From Raja brachyura (Eukaryota), in contig OY740813.1 in assembly GCA_963514005.1 (NCBI GenBank), positions 16,120,001 through 16,184,000 on the forward strand: 64,000 nucleotides of DNA, in the 5' to 3' direction. The notes beneath the pieces are model-generated. The model saw nothing but the letters and a program-made list of their open reading frames with translations, was not told the DNA's origin and searched no databases. The translations under genes and the position numbers were made by a program. Below, one piece after another: positions 1-11,568 of the stretch (the first letter of the stretch is position 1; each line of letters starts with the position of its first letter).

Positions 1-1181
1 ACATACCAATCTACTCCCCACATGACCTGTACTAAACATACAGACCAATCTCAGTTTGCAAACAGTTCCCTATTAAATTGCTGTTTGTTATTTTCAAACC
101 ATAGAGTGACTCCTAAGTTATTGCATCATTGAAAATATGCTCTGGTAAATCTTATCACCTCAGAGTCATTCCACAATAGCTAATATTCTCAATTCTCAAT
201 ATAATCCATATCACACTGTTCCAAGGAATACATGTCATATTATTTATTTGTAAACCATAAGGAATCATATTGAGTAATTTTCTTGTACCAGAGGAACAAG
301 GAAATGGAGAAAGGGAATCGGCAATTATGAACGCAAAAAATGGTTCTGTTTCAAAATATCAGATCAAAGATATAATGCACCCAACAACCTAACCCTATCA
401 TTGTTATACCACCCCTCCTCCATCTAATATACATACACATAAAAAATAAACAGTTTGAATATAAAATCAGTTGAAAGTCACAGGAGGTGATTCCAAGGCG
501 TAGCTTAATCTCAGGACTTCAGGGACCAGAGGCAGCTGAACCTGCTGCCTCATCATTTATGTTATCTAAACCCCTTGCCTTGAATCAGTCCTATTATAAA
601 GTCATTTTAAATCAGCTTAACAACAACATTCAATGGAGTAAAGGTATCAAATGTTTTAAGCCATGTTTCTAATGAACACAACTAGAAGAACTGAAGAGAT
701 AAATAGATGTTTACATTAAGAGAACTTCTCATTTCAAACATCTCAGCACTTGATACAATGAATTATTTCTGAAAGGTTATTTTAATTTATTCATGGTTTT
801 GGGGATCTGGGCATCACTGGCAAAGCCGTGCTGATTGCTGGAGAAGGTGGGGATGAGCTGCCTTCTTGCATCGCTGTTGCTCATCCGGTGAGGGTATTCC
901 CTGAGTACTCTTGTTAAGAAAGTTCCCAGATTTAGATTTGCACCCATAAATTGAACAACAATTTAGTGTATTGAATGTTGCTGCATGAGAAGAACATTGT
1001 ATATAATGTTATACACCATCATCAGATGGAGCATAACTCTTGTGCTCCATAAAATGGGTGGACAATGGATGTAAAATACAGTGAGGTTTTTTTCATTAGT
1101 TTTGGAAGTATCCTGATTCCAACGTTTTTTCCTCAGAGTTACGCAAAAAAAATCAATTGATCTTGCACAATTTTTTCATAG

Positions 1182-1287
1182 GCCTTCAACCCCTATGTTT
1201 GACCTACTAGAACATAAGTTTCAGCACCAGTGGATAGAGGAGCAGAAAACAATAGACGAAATGAAGAAGAGAAAAAAGACTCATCAG
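1182..1287 (+). CDS. cfap77: Cilia- and flagella-associated protein 77, internal coding exon (third from last)
   Basis: ttttttcatag acceptor and cag|gtttgt donor. The 106 nt translate to (R)PSTPMFDLLEHKFQHQWIEEQKTIDEMKKRKKTHQ, matching recalled human CFAP77 [23 protein letters not shown]. Ends in phase 0. Confidence 0.88.
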
Positions 1288-1504
1288 GTTTGTTTGCAGG
1301 CTTGCAGTAGAGGTACATAATTGAAATGACATATCTCATCGAAAGCGGGGATGATATACAGTTAAAGAAAGAAAATGTCAGGCATGTGAAATTATATTAT
1401 GCCTTTTGTACAAACTAGTTTTCATTGCTTGACATACCACACATCAGGGGGAAAATGTAAATAAATAAAACCAAATCTGTACTTTGTAATTTTTGATAAC
1501 AATC

Positions 1505-2170
1505 TTCACAGTTCAGCTCGCAAGTCCTGACAACATCCTTGTAAATCCTCTCTGCATTCTTTCCAGCTTAGTAAAATTCTTCCTATGGGGGGGGGGGGAT
1601 GTCTCGATCTGAACACAGTCTCCCAATGTGGCCTCATCAACGTCTTGTATAACTGTAACATAACAAACCAACTGCTTTGCTCGGCACCCTGACTGATGAA
1701 GGCAAATATACCTAAAGCCTTCTTTACCACTTTATCTACCTGTGATGCCTCTTTCAGGGGACTAGATCCCTCTGCTTTACACACTCCCCAGGACCATACC
1801 ATTCACAGTGAAGGTCATGCCCAGGTTTAACTTCCAAAATGCAATGGTATCTCTTTGGATTTTCCTTTAGCTTATCTGCCAGAGCTACCTCGTGCCCCCT
1901 TTTTTGCCATCCTGATCTTAAGTATGCTTCTAAATCTTATAATTCTCCAGGGATACACAATCGCAGCTGACTATAACTCACCCATGCCTCCTTTTTTTCC
2001 CTGACTAGAGCCTCAATTTCTCCCATCATCCAGCATTCCTTATTCCTACTTGCCTCGTCCTTCACTCTCACTTGAATTCCCACTATGATCAATTTAAAAG
2101 ATTCCCATTTTCTGTATGTCCCTTTGCCCACAAATAACCTACTTCAATAAATCTTTGCAAGTTCTTGTCT
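1505..2170 (-). mobile_element. Degenerate CR1 LINE ORF2 fragments
   Basis: Minus ORFs QVDKVVKKALGIFAFISQG...LQLYKTLMRPHWE and WMMGEIEALVREKKEAW, typical of CR1 ORF2 C-terminal and linker regions. Confidence 0.75.
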
Positions 2171-2171
2171 A

Positions 2172-3030
2172 ACGCTGCATGGTAAGCAGCTGTGGAAGGT
2201 TAAATCGCATGAAATCCAGAGATACAGGATTGGCATCATGGAAGGAAGCCGAGCATTGTGGCGGAGTATGTTTTTTGGACTGGTGGACAGTGACTGGTGA
2301 TATGGCTCAGGGATCAATGCTGGGCCCATTGTTGTTTGGGGTTCATATCAACAATTTAGATGCGAATGTACAAGGCATGATTAGTAAGTTTGCAGATGAC
2401 ATTAAAGTAGGAGTGCACATAGTGAAGATAGTTATCAGAAATTACAACAGGATCTGGATCAGCTTGGCAAGTGGGCTGAGGAATGGCTAAGGGAGTATAA
2501 TACGAGGTGTTGCATATTAGGATGTCAAACCAGGGCAGGACTTTCAATGGTTCCACAGTACTTTATTGTCACATATACCTAGGTACAGTGAAATTCCTTT
2601 TTTGCAAACAGTTCAGTAAGTAAGTTCAGTACAATTGGGTAAGCTAGGTCTTTACTCATTGGAGTGCAAGAGGCTGAGGGATGATCTTATAGAGGTGTAG
2701 AAAATCATGAGGGAAATTGGTATGGTGAAAACGGGAGGGGAATCAAGAACTATAAGTTTTAGGTGTAAGGTAAGAGGGGAAAGATTTAATAAGAACCTGA
2801 GGGGTAGCATTTTCACTCAGATGGTGGTGGGTATATGGAATGAACTAGTTGGAGGTAGTTGAGGCAAAAACTATAATAGCATTTGAAAGACACATGGACA
2901 GTACATGAATAGGAAAGGTTTAGAGGGATATGGACCAAACATGGGCAAATAGGCAAAGCTTAGATTTGGCATCTTGGTCAGCATGAACGAATTACGCCAA
3001 AGGGCCTGTTTTAATGCGGCATGACTATGA
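2172..3030 (+). mobile_element. Degenerate CR1 LINE (RT domain and 3' end), interrupted near 2545-2630
   Basis: QGSMLGPLLFGVHINNLD...ISKFADDIKVG RT motifs, then a CR1 3' region ending in aagggcctgttt...gactatga. Confidence 0.8.
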
Positions 3031-3749
3031 TTTTACCATTAAATGTAAAAATAAAATCTATAGATGTTGCTTTATACCAAAACATAGGCACAAAATGCTG
3101 GGGTAACTCAGCGGGTCAGGAATCATTAGAACTTTAACTTGTGGACCAGCCTTGTCTTTATCCATAACTGTTTTAAAGCTAATAGAACTGTGAACGCTGG
3201 TCCCAAAAGACTCCCCATTGACATTTCAGTTCTGGTCACACTTTGTTCTCTCCCTTGTAGGCCCCTTTATATATTGCCTACAGAAACTTTCCTGAAAACT
3301 CTTAACAAATTCCTCCCCATCTACACCCTTGGCACTACAGTATGTCCCATTCTCAATCTGTATTCGGAAAAGTTCTTAGTCTTGCAGCTGTCTATAATCA
3401 TCCATCATATTTGTTCCTTTAATTCACATTAACTAATTCTGGGTCTATAGTACAATTTTAACAAGGTGATCGCCTCCTTTAATTCTCAGCTTCATCCATA
3501 TAGCTCACTGAACAATTCTTCAGTAATGTAATCTCAAACTACTGTCTTGATTTTCTGCTTAATCAATAAAGCAACCCCCCCTCCACTTTGACCCGCAATT
3601 CAATCTCATCTGTAGCATCTGCACTCTGGGACATTAAGCTGCCAGTCCTGTCCCTCCCTTATCGAGGTTCCAAAATGGCTATAATGTCCCAGTTACATGT
3701 ACCTATCCACACCATGTTGCTTTCACATGTCTTGGTTTTGTGTTTGTAG

Positions 3750-3851
3750 GCCCACTTTGTGAAGAATTATCAAACCCGTGCAGCATTCTTGAGCAAAGCT
3801 GTGCCACATGTGGATCCTCCACCAATAGTGCACCCTCTACACTATCAAAAG
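3750..3851 (+). CDS. cfap77: CFAP77 penultimate coding exon
   Basis: tgtttgtag acceptor and aag|gtaaga donor. 102 nt, phase 0/0, AHFVKNYQTRAAFLSKAVPHVDPPPIVHPLHYQK aligns without gaps (34 aa) to recalled human [34 protein letters not shown]. Confidence 0.82.
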
Positions 3852-4183
3852 GTAAGATGTTCATTTGTGTATTTGTGTTTAAAATTGTTCTGCATGTGGC
3901 TCAGTCTCTCTTCGCTGAAGCATTGGGCTAGAGAATGAACTCTAATTGATGTAACAACCTAGAAAAATGGGGTGATATCTCTGGTCCATGGGATCTATGT
4001 AAGATGCTCTGTAACAACCCAGTCCAGAGGATTCAGCTCCCCATATATGACCACTTAGTTATCATAGAAAGGTCTCAATTCTGACTAAAGGTCTTAAACC
4101 TGAAATGTAAAACTCTGTTTATTTTCTTGCGTAGGCCGTCTACCATTCTAAGTTTATCCAGCTGTTTCTTTTCTTACTTATGA

Positions 4184-4506
4184 GTAGCAGAGCAGTGTAA
4201 CGGGTAGAGCCACTGCCTCACAACGACAGAGACTCACGTTTGATCCTGACCTTAGGTGCTATCTGTCTGTAGTTTACACTTTCTCCCTGTGACCGTGTGG
4301 GGTTTCCTCCTGGTTGTCCACTTTCCTTCTACATCCCAAAGAAGTGTGGGTTTTGTAGGCTGATTGGCCTGTGTAAATTGCCCCAAGGATGTAGGGAGTG
4401 AATGAGAAAATTGGATGACGTAGAACCGATGTGAGTGCGTGGCCGATGGTTGGTGGGGACTTGGTGGGCTAAAGGGCCTGTTTCCATGTAGTATCTCTAA
4501 ACTAAA
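4184..4506 (+). mobile_element. tRNA-derived V-SINE (HE1-like)
   Basis: Degenerate tRNA head, V-domain-like ggggtttcctcctggttgtccactttcc, and CR1-like tail aagggcctgtttccatg...ctctaaactaaa. Confidence 0.75.
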
Positions 4507-4734
4507 GTTATCATGTTGAAATGAAGATGCTGTAAATTGATTCCTAAAACTAATCCATTATATATTATTGTGCTTTATATTGTCAATAGATTTGTTCTTA
4601 ACAGTCTACGAATGTGGGTATTTCATGCTCAATGTGCTGGATCCAGGATCTTCACCAAAGCTCTGGGTCTTGGGTAGGGGCTGATGACCAGGATAAAGCA
4701 TCATATTTTGAGCTCCATCAGGGTTCTATCAGGA

Positions 4735-5171
4735 TCAACTTAGGCCTGTATTCACTGGAGTTTAGAAGGATGAGGGGAGATCTTATAGAAACATATAAAA
4801 TTATAAAAGGACTGGACAAGCTAGATGCAGGAAAAATGTTCCCAATGTTGGGTGAGTCCAGAACCAGGGGCCACAGTTTTAGAATAAAGGGGAGGTCATT
4901 TAAGACTGAGCTGAGAAAAAACTTTTTTACCCAGAGAGTTGTGAATTTATGGAATTCACTGCCACAGTGGGCAGTGGAGGCCAAATCACTGGATGGATTT
5001 AAGAGAGAGTTGGATAGAGCTCTAGGGGCTAGTGGAGTCAAGGGATATGGGTAGAAGGCAGGCACGGGTTATTGATAGCGGACGATCGGCCATGATCACA
5101 ATGAATGGCGGTGCTGGCTCGAAGGGCCGAATGGCCTCCTCCTGCACCTATTTTCTATGTTTCTATGTTTC
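4735..5171 (+). mobile_element. 5'-truncated young CR1 LINE 3' end
   Basis: LGLYSLEFRRMRGDLIETYKII...RTRGHS...FFTQRVVNLWNSLP, with 3' tail (tctatgtt)n. Confidence 0.92.
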
Positions 5172-7999
5172 AATAGTTTAGGGGGCTTATGTTTTCTGAG
5201 TGATGTGAAGCAATCCGTGTAAATTCAATTTTCTCCCGCAGAATGCTGGGGAAAGAAGTATAACAATATTGTCCCTTATCTGCTATTTAAGCAGCTGATG
5301 AGAAATTATTTTACAAAGCTCTCAAGGTCATTGTATTAAATATTCAGCTAACCTTTAATATTAACAAATCTTATGGAATGTCTAAAAATATATCTGCAAC
5401 ATATTGCAGCAGAAGAATATGATGGCATCTGGTGATATCAACAGATCCTACGACATTAAAATTTTCGATCGTTTAAATACATTTCCCAAGTTAAATCAAG
5501 AAGTTAACACCAACCATTCTGAAAAACAACAATATTCATCACCTTTAAATTCAACTGCAAGAAATGTAAGAAATACATTTCTCCGAGGATTTTTCATCTG
5601 GTTTATAATGAATGCTCTGCATTTATTGATAGAGTGTGTGATGGGGACACAGCCATGTTGTGATTCTGGGAATCCTCTGCTTTATATTACAAAGCATCAA
5701 TTCATATAGGAGAAAAAAAAAAGTTTGTTGACTCTGTATAGTGCTGGAAGCACAGCGAGTGTTTATCTTATTGAGTGTTTAGATTACCATCCTTGCTTTT
5801 TGCTGGCAGAATGTAATCAAAGATAGAAAAAGGGATTTTGCAGTATTATAGTGTGTGCCTGATAATTGTATGGCCTCAGCCATTAAAATAGTGTGATCAT
5901 TATTGTGATTATATGTGAATATAAATCTCAGACCTATCTGGTAATATTATAAACAGAAAAAGCAATGCTTTAGAATAGTAAACTATAACCCAATATTAGA
6001 TTACAGCCATAAATTAATCCTTAGCACATAATGTTTTTTATATGTGTAGCTTTTCGGTCATTTACAATAAAAACTAATTTACATAAGAGAAAGAAAGAGT
6101 CCAGAATATCATAATGATATCAAACAGAGCCCAAGTAACACATGTAGGGCAGACTGAGGGGACAAAATTGATTTTCAGCCATATTAAGTTTTCTCAAGGT
6201 CTTGGTGCCTGCTACTTGAAAATACTTGGATTATTAATTTAAGTCATATTTGCTCATACTTAATGTCTTTAATAGAGTGAATTGATGGGGTGGGGAGGAA
6301 GAGGGCAGAAAGGTAGAGGGACAAATGGGACAAAATAGTTCACCTCATCATTCAAGGAGAACACTTGTAGTTCTGCCTATGAAAGCTCCTACACCTAATA
6401 CAATGACTTGCCTTACTACAAAATGCACAACATTGTGTCTTAAGTAGAATCATTACATTAATTTGGTGGCATTACTCCATAATATGAAACAAAAGCAGTT
6501 TGGAACCTTCAATAACACAATATATTACAGGCTGAATTTGTTAAAATCTGCTGCAAGTATTAGTTGTACACATTTAAATGCTTAGAATGGAAAGAAAATA
6601 GACAGGGGGGGACTCAGAAGTAAAAAGAATCTTCAAAATTGTTGTCATTGGAATATGCTTTGAAGGAAACAAGCTGTGGCTAAGCCCCATCCAAAATTTC
6701 TCTGCATATTACATTTTTCAATTCCTAGGACACCCTGTAAGTATGTGTCCCATTAGCATATGTCAGTAATCATTTTATAAGTTGCCTGTCAGCCCAAGGC
6801 TGTTCTACCAGGTAATGTCAAGGAAAGAACACGACCCTCCAGTGTTCAGCAGATTGTGTGAATCGCTGGAGATCTGAGGGGGCAGCGTACACACCGTACT
6901 CAATCCCTCAACCTCTCCATCGCTTCCTCTGCATTCCTGAAACTCAAACTGCTGGGATATAACCATCTGCCTGCCTTAACAATGGCATCCTAGGTCTATT
7001 CTGGAAATTAGGTGGATGATAACAATTCCAGACATAAACAAATGAAGAATGGATTTATATTCATTAGGTGCCTTTAAGAATCAGGGTTAAATGTGCTCAG
7101 TACAGTGGTGTGACTGCACTGTGTTGCAATGAAAATGACAATTTTTCAGCAATTACTGACCTTCTCTGCCAAACCCTTATCTCTTATTCACTTATACCTA
7201 TAAAAACTCTTACTCGCCTTCAGCTCGGCCATCCCCTGCTACAGCCCTCATTTTTGTTCTTGAGCTGAAGGGACAGAGTGTGAATATAACGAACCTGTAC
7301 ATTGCCAGATGTAGCTCGAGCACATAAAGCTGGTTAAGGCCATGCTGTCAACTGGTAAAACTGCTCACCTCGTGGGTATCACCTTGAAATGCAGAGTTAA
7401 TCCCAGTCTTAATATGGCTACTGTAGACTGTTATTTTAAACTCCTTTTCCTTAACCCACATGTCCAGTAAAAGAATGCAAAGCTTGGTAGATTTGGTCAA
7501 TAGGATTGAGATCCTACACCTTTCTTCTTTCTTTATATCCAAAGTGTTAATGTTCCATTTCCCCAACCTCTAAACATGCGCCTTTCTTTAGTTTCTCTCC
7601 CATCTACCCCCAGGAACTCCCAGCTTTATCTCTTCACCATTTTCACTGACCCTTCTGGAATCCTCCACTCTCTCCAGTTATCAGTGTTTGCCCAGCGTCC
7701 ATTGATAGATAGGCTGTAATTTCCTCCAACTAAATATTTGGAAAAACAAAACTTCATCTTCAACCTCATCATAAACTCCTGTTCCCTCGCTACAGGTTTC
7801 ATCTCTTCCCTTTCTAAAGCTGAATCAGTCTGTTCACAATCTTGGTATCTAATCTGGTCCTAAAGTGAGTTCTGAACTTCTGTATCTGGAAGTCCAACTT
7901 TGCCCTGGTCTCAGTTTATCTGCTGTTTAAACCTTTTTTTTTCTTCTTTTTAAAAAAAACAATTTTTTTAATTATTATTTTTTAATTATTATTGGCAAG

Positions 8000-8066
8000 A
8001 AACATTTCACTACACCAATTGGTGTATGTGACCAATAAACTAACCTTGAACCTTGAACCTTGAACA
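8000..8066 (+). mobile_element. Rex1/Babar-type 3' tail fragment
   Basis: Hairpin tacaccaattggtgta, then gtgaccaataaa and (ccttgaa)x3 tail. Confidence 0.5.
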
Positions 8067-8329
8067 ATCCATACCATCGTTGCTCTGGATTTGGCTCTTC
8101 CTGAATGTTCCTGGCCTGTCTTCCATATTCAACTCTTTGTAAATTTGAGATCCAAACCTCTGTTGAGTCTCTCCGAAGTAACACTTCCCATTAACTATCA
8201 GTTAATTGCTTGTTGAATAAAATTGCCCACACCTTGATTTTATGATTCGCTTCTTTTCAAATCTTTTCATAGTTTTGCTCACCTTTAACTCTGTAATCTA
8301 TACTAATTAATAGCCATCTTGGTGGTATA

Positions 8330-8580
8330 TCTAATTGGGCAACCCAGGTTCAATCCTGTCTTCACATTCTCCTCATAATTGCATGGGTTTCGTTTGGGTG
8401 CTCCAGTTTCCTCCCACAAGATGTGCACAATTGGAGGTCAATTGGTCCTAGTATGTAAGGGAGTGGCAGAATGGAGTTGATGAGAATAAATCACATTCTG
8501 AATTTAGGCTTTGTGTAAAATGGGTGGTTGATGATGTACATGAATTTGGTGTGTTGAAGGATCTGTTTCCATTTTGCTAT
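8330..8580 (+). mobile_element. Degenerate V-SINE
   Basis: ccaggttcaatcc B-box-like sequence and gggtgctccagtttcctcccaca V-domain. Confidence 0.55.
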
Positions 8581-8735
8581 GAATAACCTTCTGAGGTTTC
8601 TTCACTCCATATTTATGGTTTCTTGACCACCACTGAACTGCAATAGAAACTCAGATGCATCCGTACCACCATGAGATTACCACACATTCTTTGAAAGTAA
8701 ATTTACGCTAACAAATTAAACAATAACATTTGTAT

Positions 8736-9085
8736 GAACAAGGGGTCACAGTTCCAGAACAAGGGGCCACAGTTCCAGAACAAGGGGTCACAGTCTAAGG
8801 ATAAGGGGGAATTCCTTTAGGACCGAAATGAGGAAAACATTCTTTACACAGAGAGTGGTGAGTCTCTGGAATTCTCTGCCACAGAAGGTAGTTGAGGCCA
8901 GTTCATTGGTTATATTTAAGAGGGCGTTAGATGTGGCACTTGTGGCTAAAGGGATCAGGGGGTATGGAGAGAAGGCAGGTACGGGATACTGAGTTGGATG
9001 ATCAACCATGATCACATTGAATGGCGGTGCAGGCTCGAAGGGCCGAATGGCCTACTCCTGCACCTATTTTCTATGTTTCTATGTA
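8736..9085 (+). mobile_element. 5'-truncated CR1 3' end
   Basis: RTRGHS-encoding region, [14 protein letters not shown], tail ttctatgtttctatg. Confidence 0.9.
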
Positions 9086-9864
9086 TGGTATTTTTAGAGC
9101 ATTCTAACCTAGCATTTAAGTTATCCATTAAAACAAATAAACATGATTCTTTTTTAAAAATCTGCAGATGTTGGGAAATCAAAATTAAGAACAGTAAATG
9201 CTGGAAACACTCAGACAGTCAAGCAGCATATCTGGGAAGTGAAACATAGTTAACACCAGGTCGAACACCATTCATCAAAATTAATTTACTTTTTGTTGTT
9301 TTCCGAAGAAAAGCTTCATTTGAATATCTCAAAGCTATCGAAAAATTAATTGAATGTTCTCGTTACTACAGTTCTTATTCATCCTGAGTGTAAGACAAAC
9401 ATTACAAAATTAATCTACTTCCTTACCTGCGAGGCACCACTTCCTCTGTGTTGGTGTAATTAGCCTGTGATTTAGTTAATGGTGTTGCTGTTAAACAAAG
9501 CCAGAGATTTCTGCTAAAATCTTACACTCTCAATTCAGCAGGTCAACTACCACAGTTTACCCATAAATATGGTGAGAATTACTTATTTTTGTACATCGAT
9601 CTTGCAATTAATTATTTTTACAGGATTATTTTATTGCCTAATGACCTGAAATTAAATATATTTTGCTGAAATAATTAGATTCAATAAGAGAAGAGAAGAA
9701 CCTCATCTTTTTCATCACACTAGAACTTTTTACTGGTAGCTTAGTTAAAATCAAGATTTATCTCAGTAGGTAATCACTAAATCTCCCACTGAGATATGAT
9801 TATGATTTTCTAATGATTTAATTAATCCCACATCTTGCTTGGAGACAAAATATTTTCTTTAGGA

Positions 9865-10120
9865 TTTAGAGTCACAGAGACATACAGCATGGAAACAGGT
9901 CTTTTGGCTCAACTCGTCCATGCCCACTAGGTTTTATAGCTAAGCCATTTGCTCATGTTTGACCAATATCCCTCTAAACCTTTCCTATGTAAATGTCTTT
10001 TATATGTCACCATTGTATCCGCATCTGCAGCTTCCTCTGGCAACTTGTTCCATTTACACACCACCTCTACATGAAGAAATAACTCCTCAGGTCTCTTTTA
10101 AATCTTTCCTCTCTCAGCAT
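9865..10120 (-). mobile_element. Old CR1 3'-end fragment
   Basis: catacagcatggaaacagg...ccctctaaacctttcctat, reverse complement of an older CR1 tail. Confidence 0.55.
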
Positions 10121-11511
10121 AATTTGTGCTGCAGGTCAATAACATGACTGTGGGGCTAAAGCGAGTGGAGTGAAAATTAATTCAACAGGAAAATAATGGG
10201 GCGCCGTATAGGCTTTTGATCTTCACAGCAGCACATTAGAACAGTAGAGAAAGTTTAAATTAATCAGCTTGCTATTTAGTATGACGGAATGGAAAAATAT
10301 AAATTAGCACTATTTCCAGTGGAATAAAAACAAGGAAGGATGAATTGATAGAGATATTTAAAATTAAGAGATTCAGCATGTTGCATGGAAATGAATACTT
10401 AGAAGTTCATCCCCATTTGCTAGATATACTGTATAATAATGGCAGTTGAAGTTAATAGAATGTAATTTCATAAAAAAGTAAAATGCATTGATCAGCACTT
10501 GCCAAGGATAAATGCCTGACAAGAATATTTTCAATAAATGAGAGATCTGAAGCAAGGGACAGAGGTGTAAGGTTAAATCTAAAAAATATTCAAACAAAGA
10601 AAATAATTTACACAGAGAGTTGTAGCAGAGACCATGTCAACACAAGGTTAATGTGGGTAGCTTGAGGTAAAGGGAATAATGTTCTGTAAGGATGGTTGGA
10701 AATATAGGGATCATTGTTATCAATCAGTTGTAGGATTAGGTATTTTAGGTGTAACATAGAAACATATAGAAAATAGGTGCAGGAGTAGGCCATTCAGCCC
10801 TTCGAGCCTACACCACCATTCAATATGATCATGACTGATCATCCAACTCAGTATCCTGTACCTGCCTTCTCTCCATACCCCCTGATCCCTTTAGCCACAA
10901 GGGCCACATCTAACTCCCTCTTAAATATGGCCAATGAACTGGCCACAACTACCTTCGGTGGCAGAGAATTCCAGAGACTCACCACTCTCTGTGTGAAAAA
11001 TGTTTTCCTCATCTCGGTCCTAAAAGAAATCCCCCTTATCCTTAGACTGTGACCCCTTGTTCTGGACCTCCCCAACATCTGGAACAATCTTCCTGCATCT
11101 AGCCTATCCAATGCCTTAAGAATTTTGTAAGTTTCTACACGATCCCCCTCAGTCTTCTAAATTCTAGCGAGTACAAGCCAAGTCTATCCAGTCTTTCCTC
11201 ATATGAAGGTCCTGACATCCCAGGAATCAGTCTGGTGAACCTTCTATGTACCCCCTCTATGGCAAGAATGTCTTTTCTCAGATTTGGAGACCAAAACTGT
11301 ACGCAATACTCAGGGTGTGGTCTCACCAAAACCCTGTACAACTGCAGTAGAACCTCTCTGCTCCTATACTCAAATCCTTTCGCTATGAATGCTAACATAC
11401 CATTTGCTTTATTCACTGCCTGCTGCACCTGCATGCCTACTTTCAATGGTACACAAAAGGCTGGAGAAACTCAACGGGTGCAGCAGCATCTAAGGAGCGA
11501 AGGAGATAGGC

Positions 11512-11539
11512 GACGTTTCGGGCCGAAACCCTTCTTCAG
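11512..11539 (-). ncRNA. Minimal type I hammerhead ribozyme motif (mirror copy)
   Basis: Exact reverse complement of 11541-11568. Confidence 0.7.
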
Positions 11540-11540
11540 T

Positions 11541-11568
11541 CTGAAGAAGGGTTTCGGCCCGAAACGTC
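11541..11568 (+). ncRNA. Minimal type I hammerhead ribozyme motif
   Basis: CTGAAGA-A-GGG-tttcgg-CCC-GAAAC-GTC: CUGANGA core, helix II, GAAA, palindromic ACGT helix III and GUC triplet. Confidence 0.7.

Noticed and set aside
4614-5065. ORFs of 146 and 115 aa as host genes (also 10848-12068, 17553-17807, 53685-53966, 62029-62438)
   Set aside because: Sense and antisense translations of truncated CR1 ORF2.
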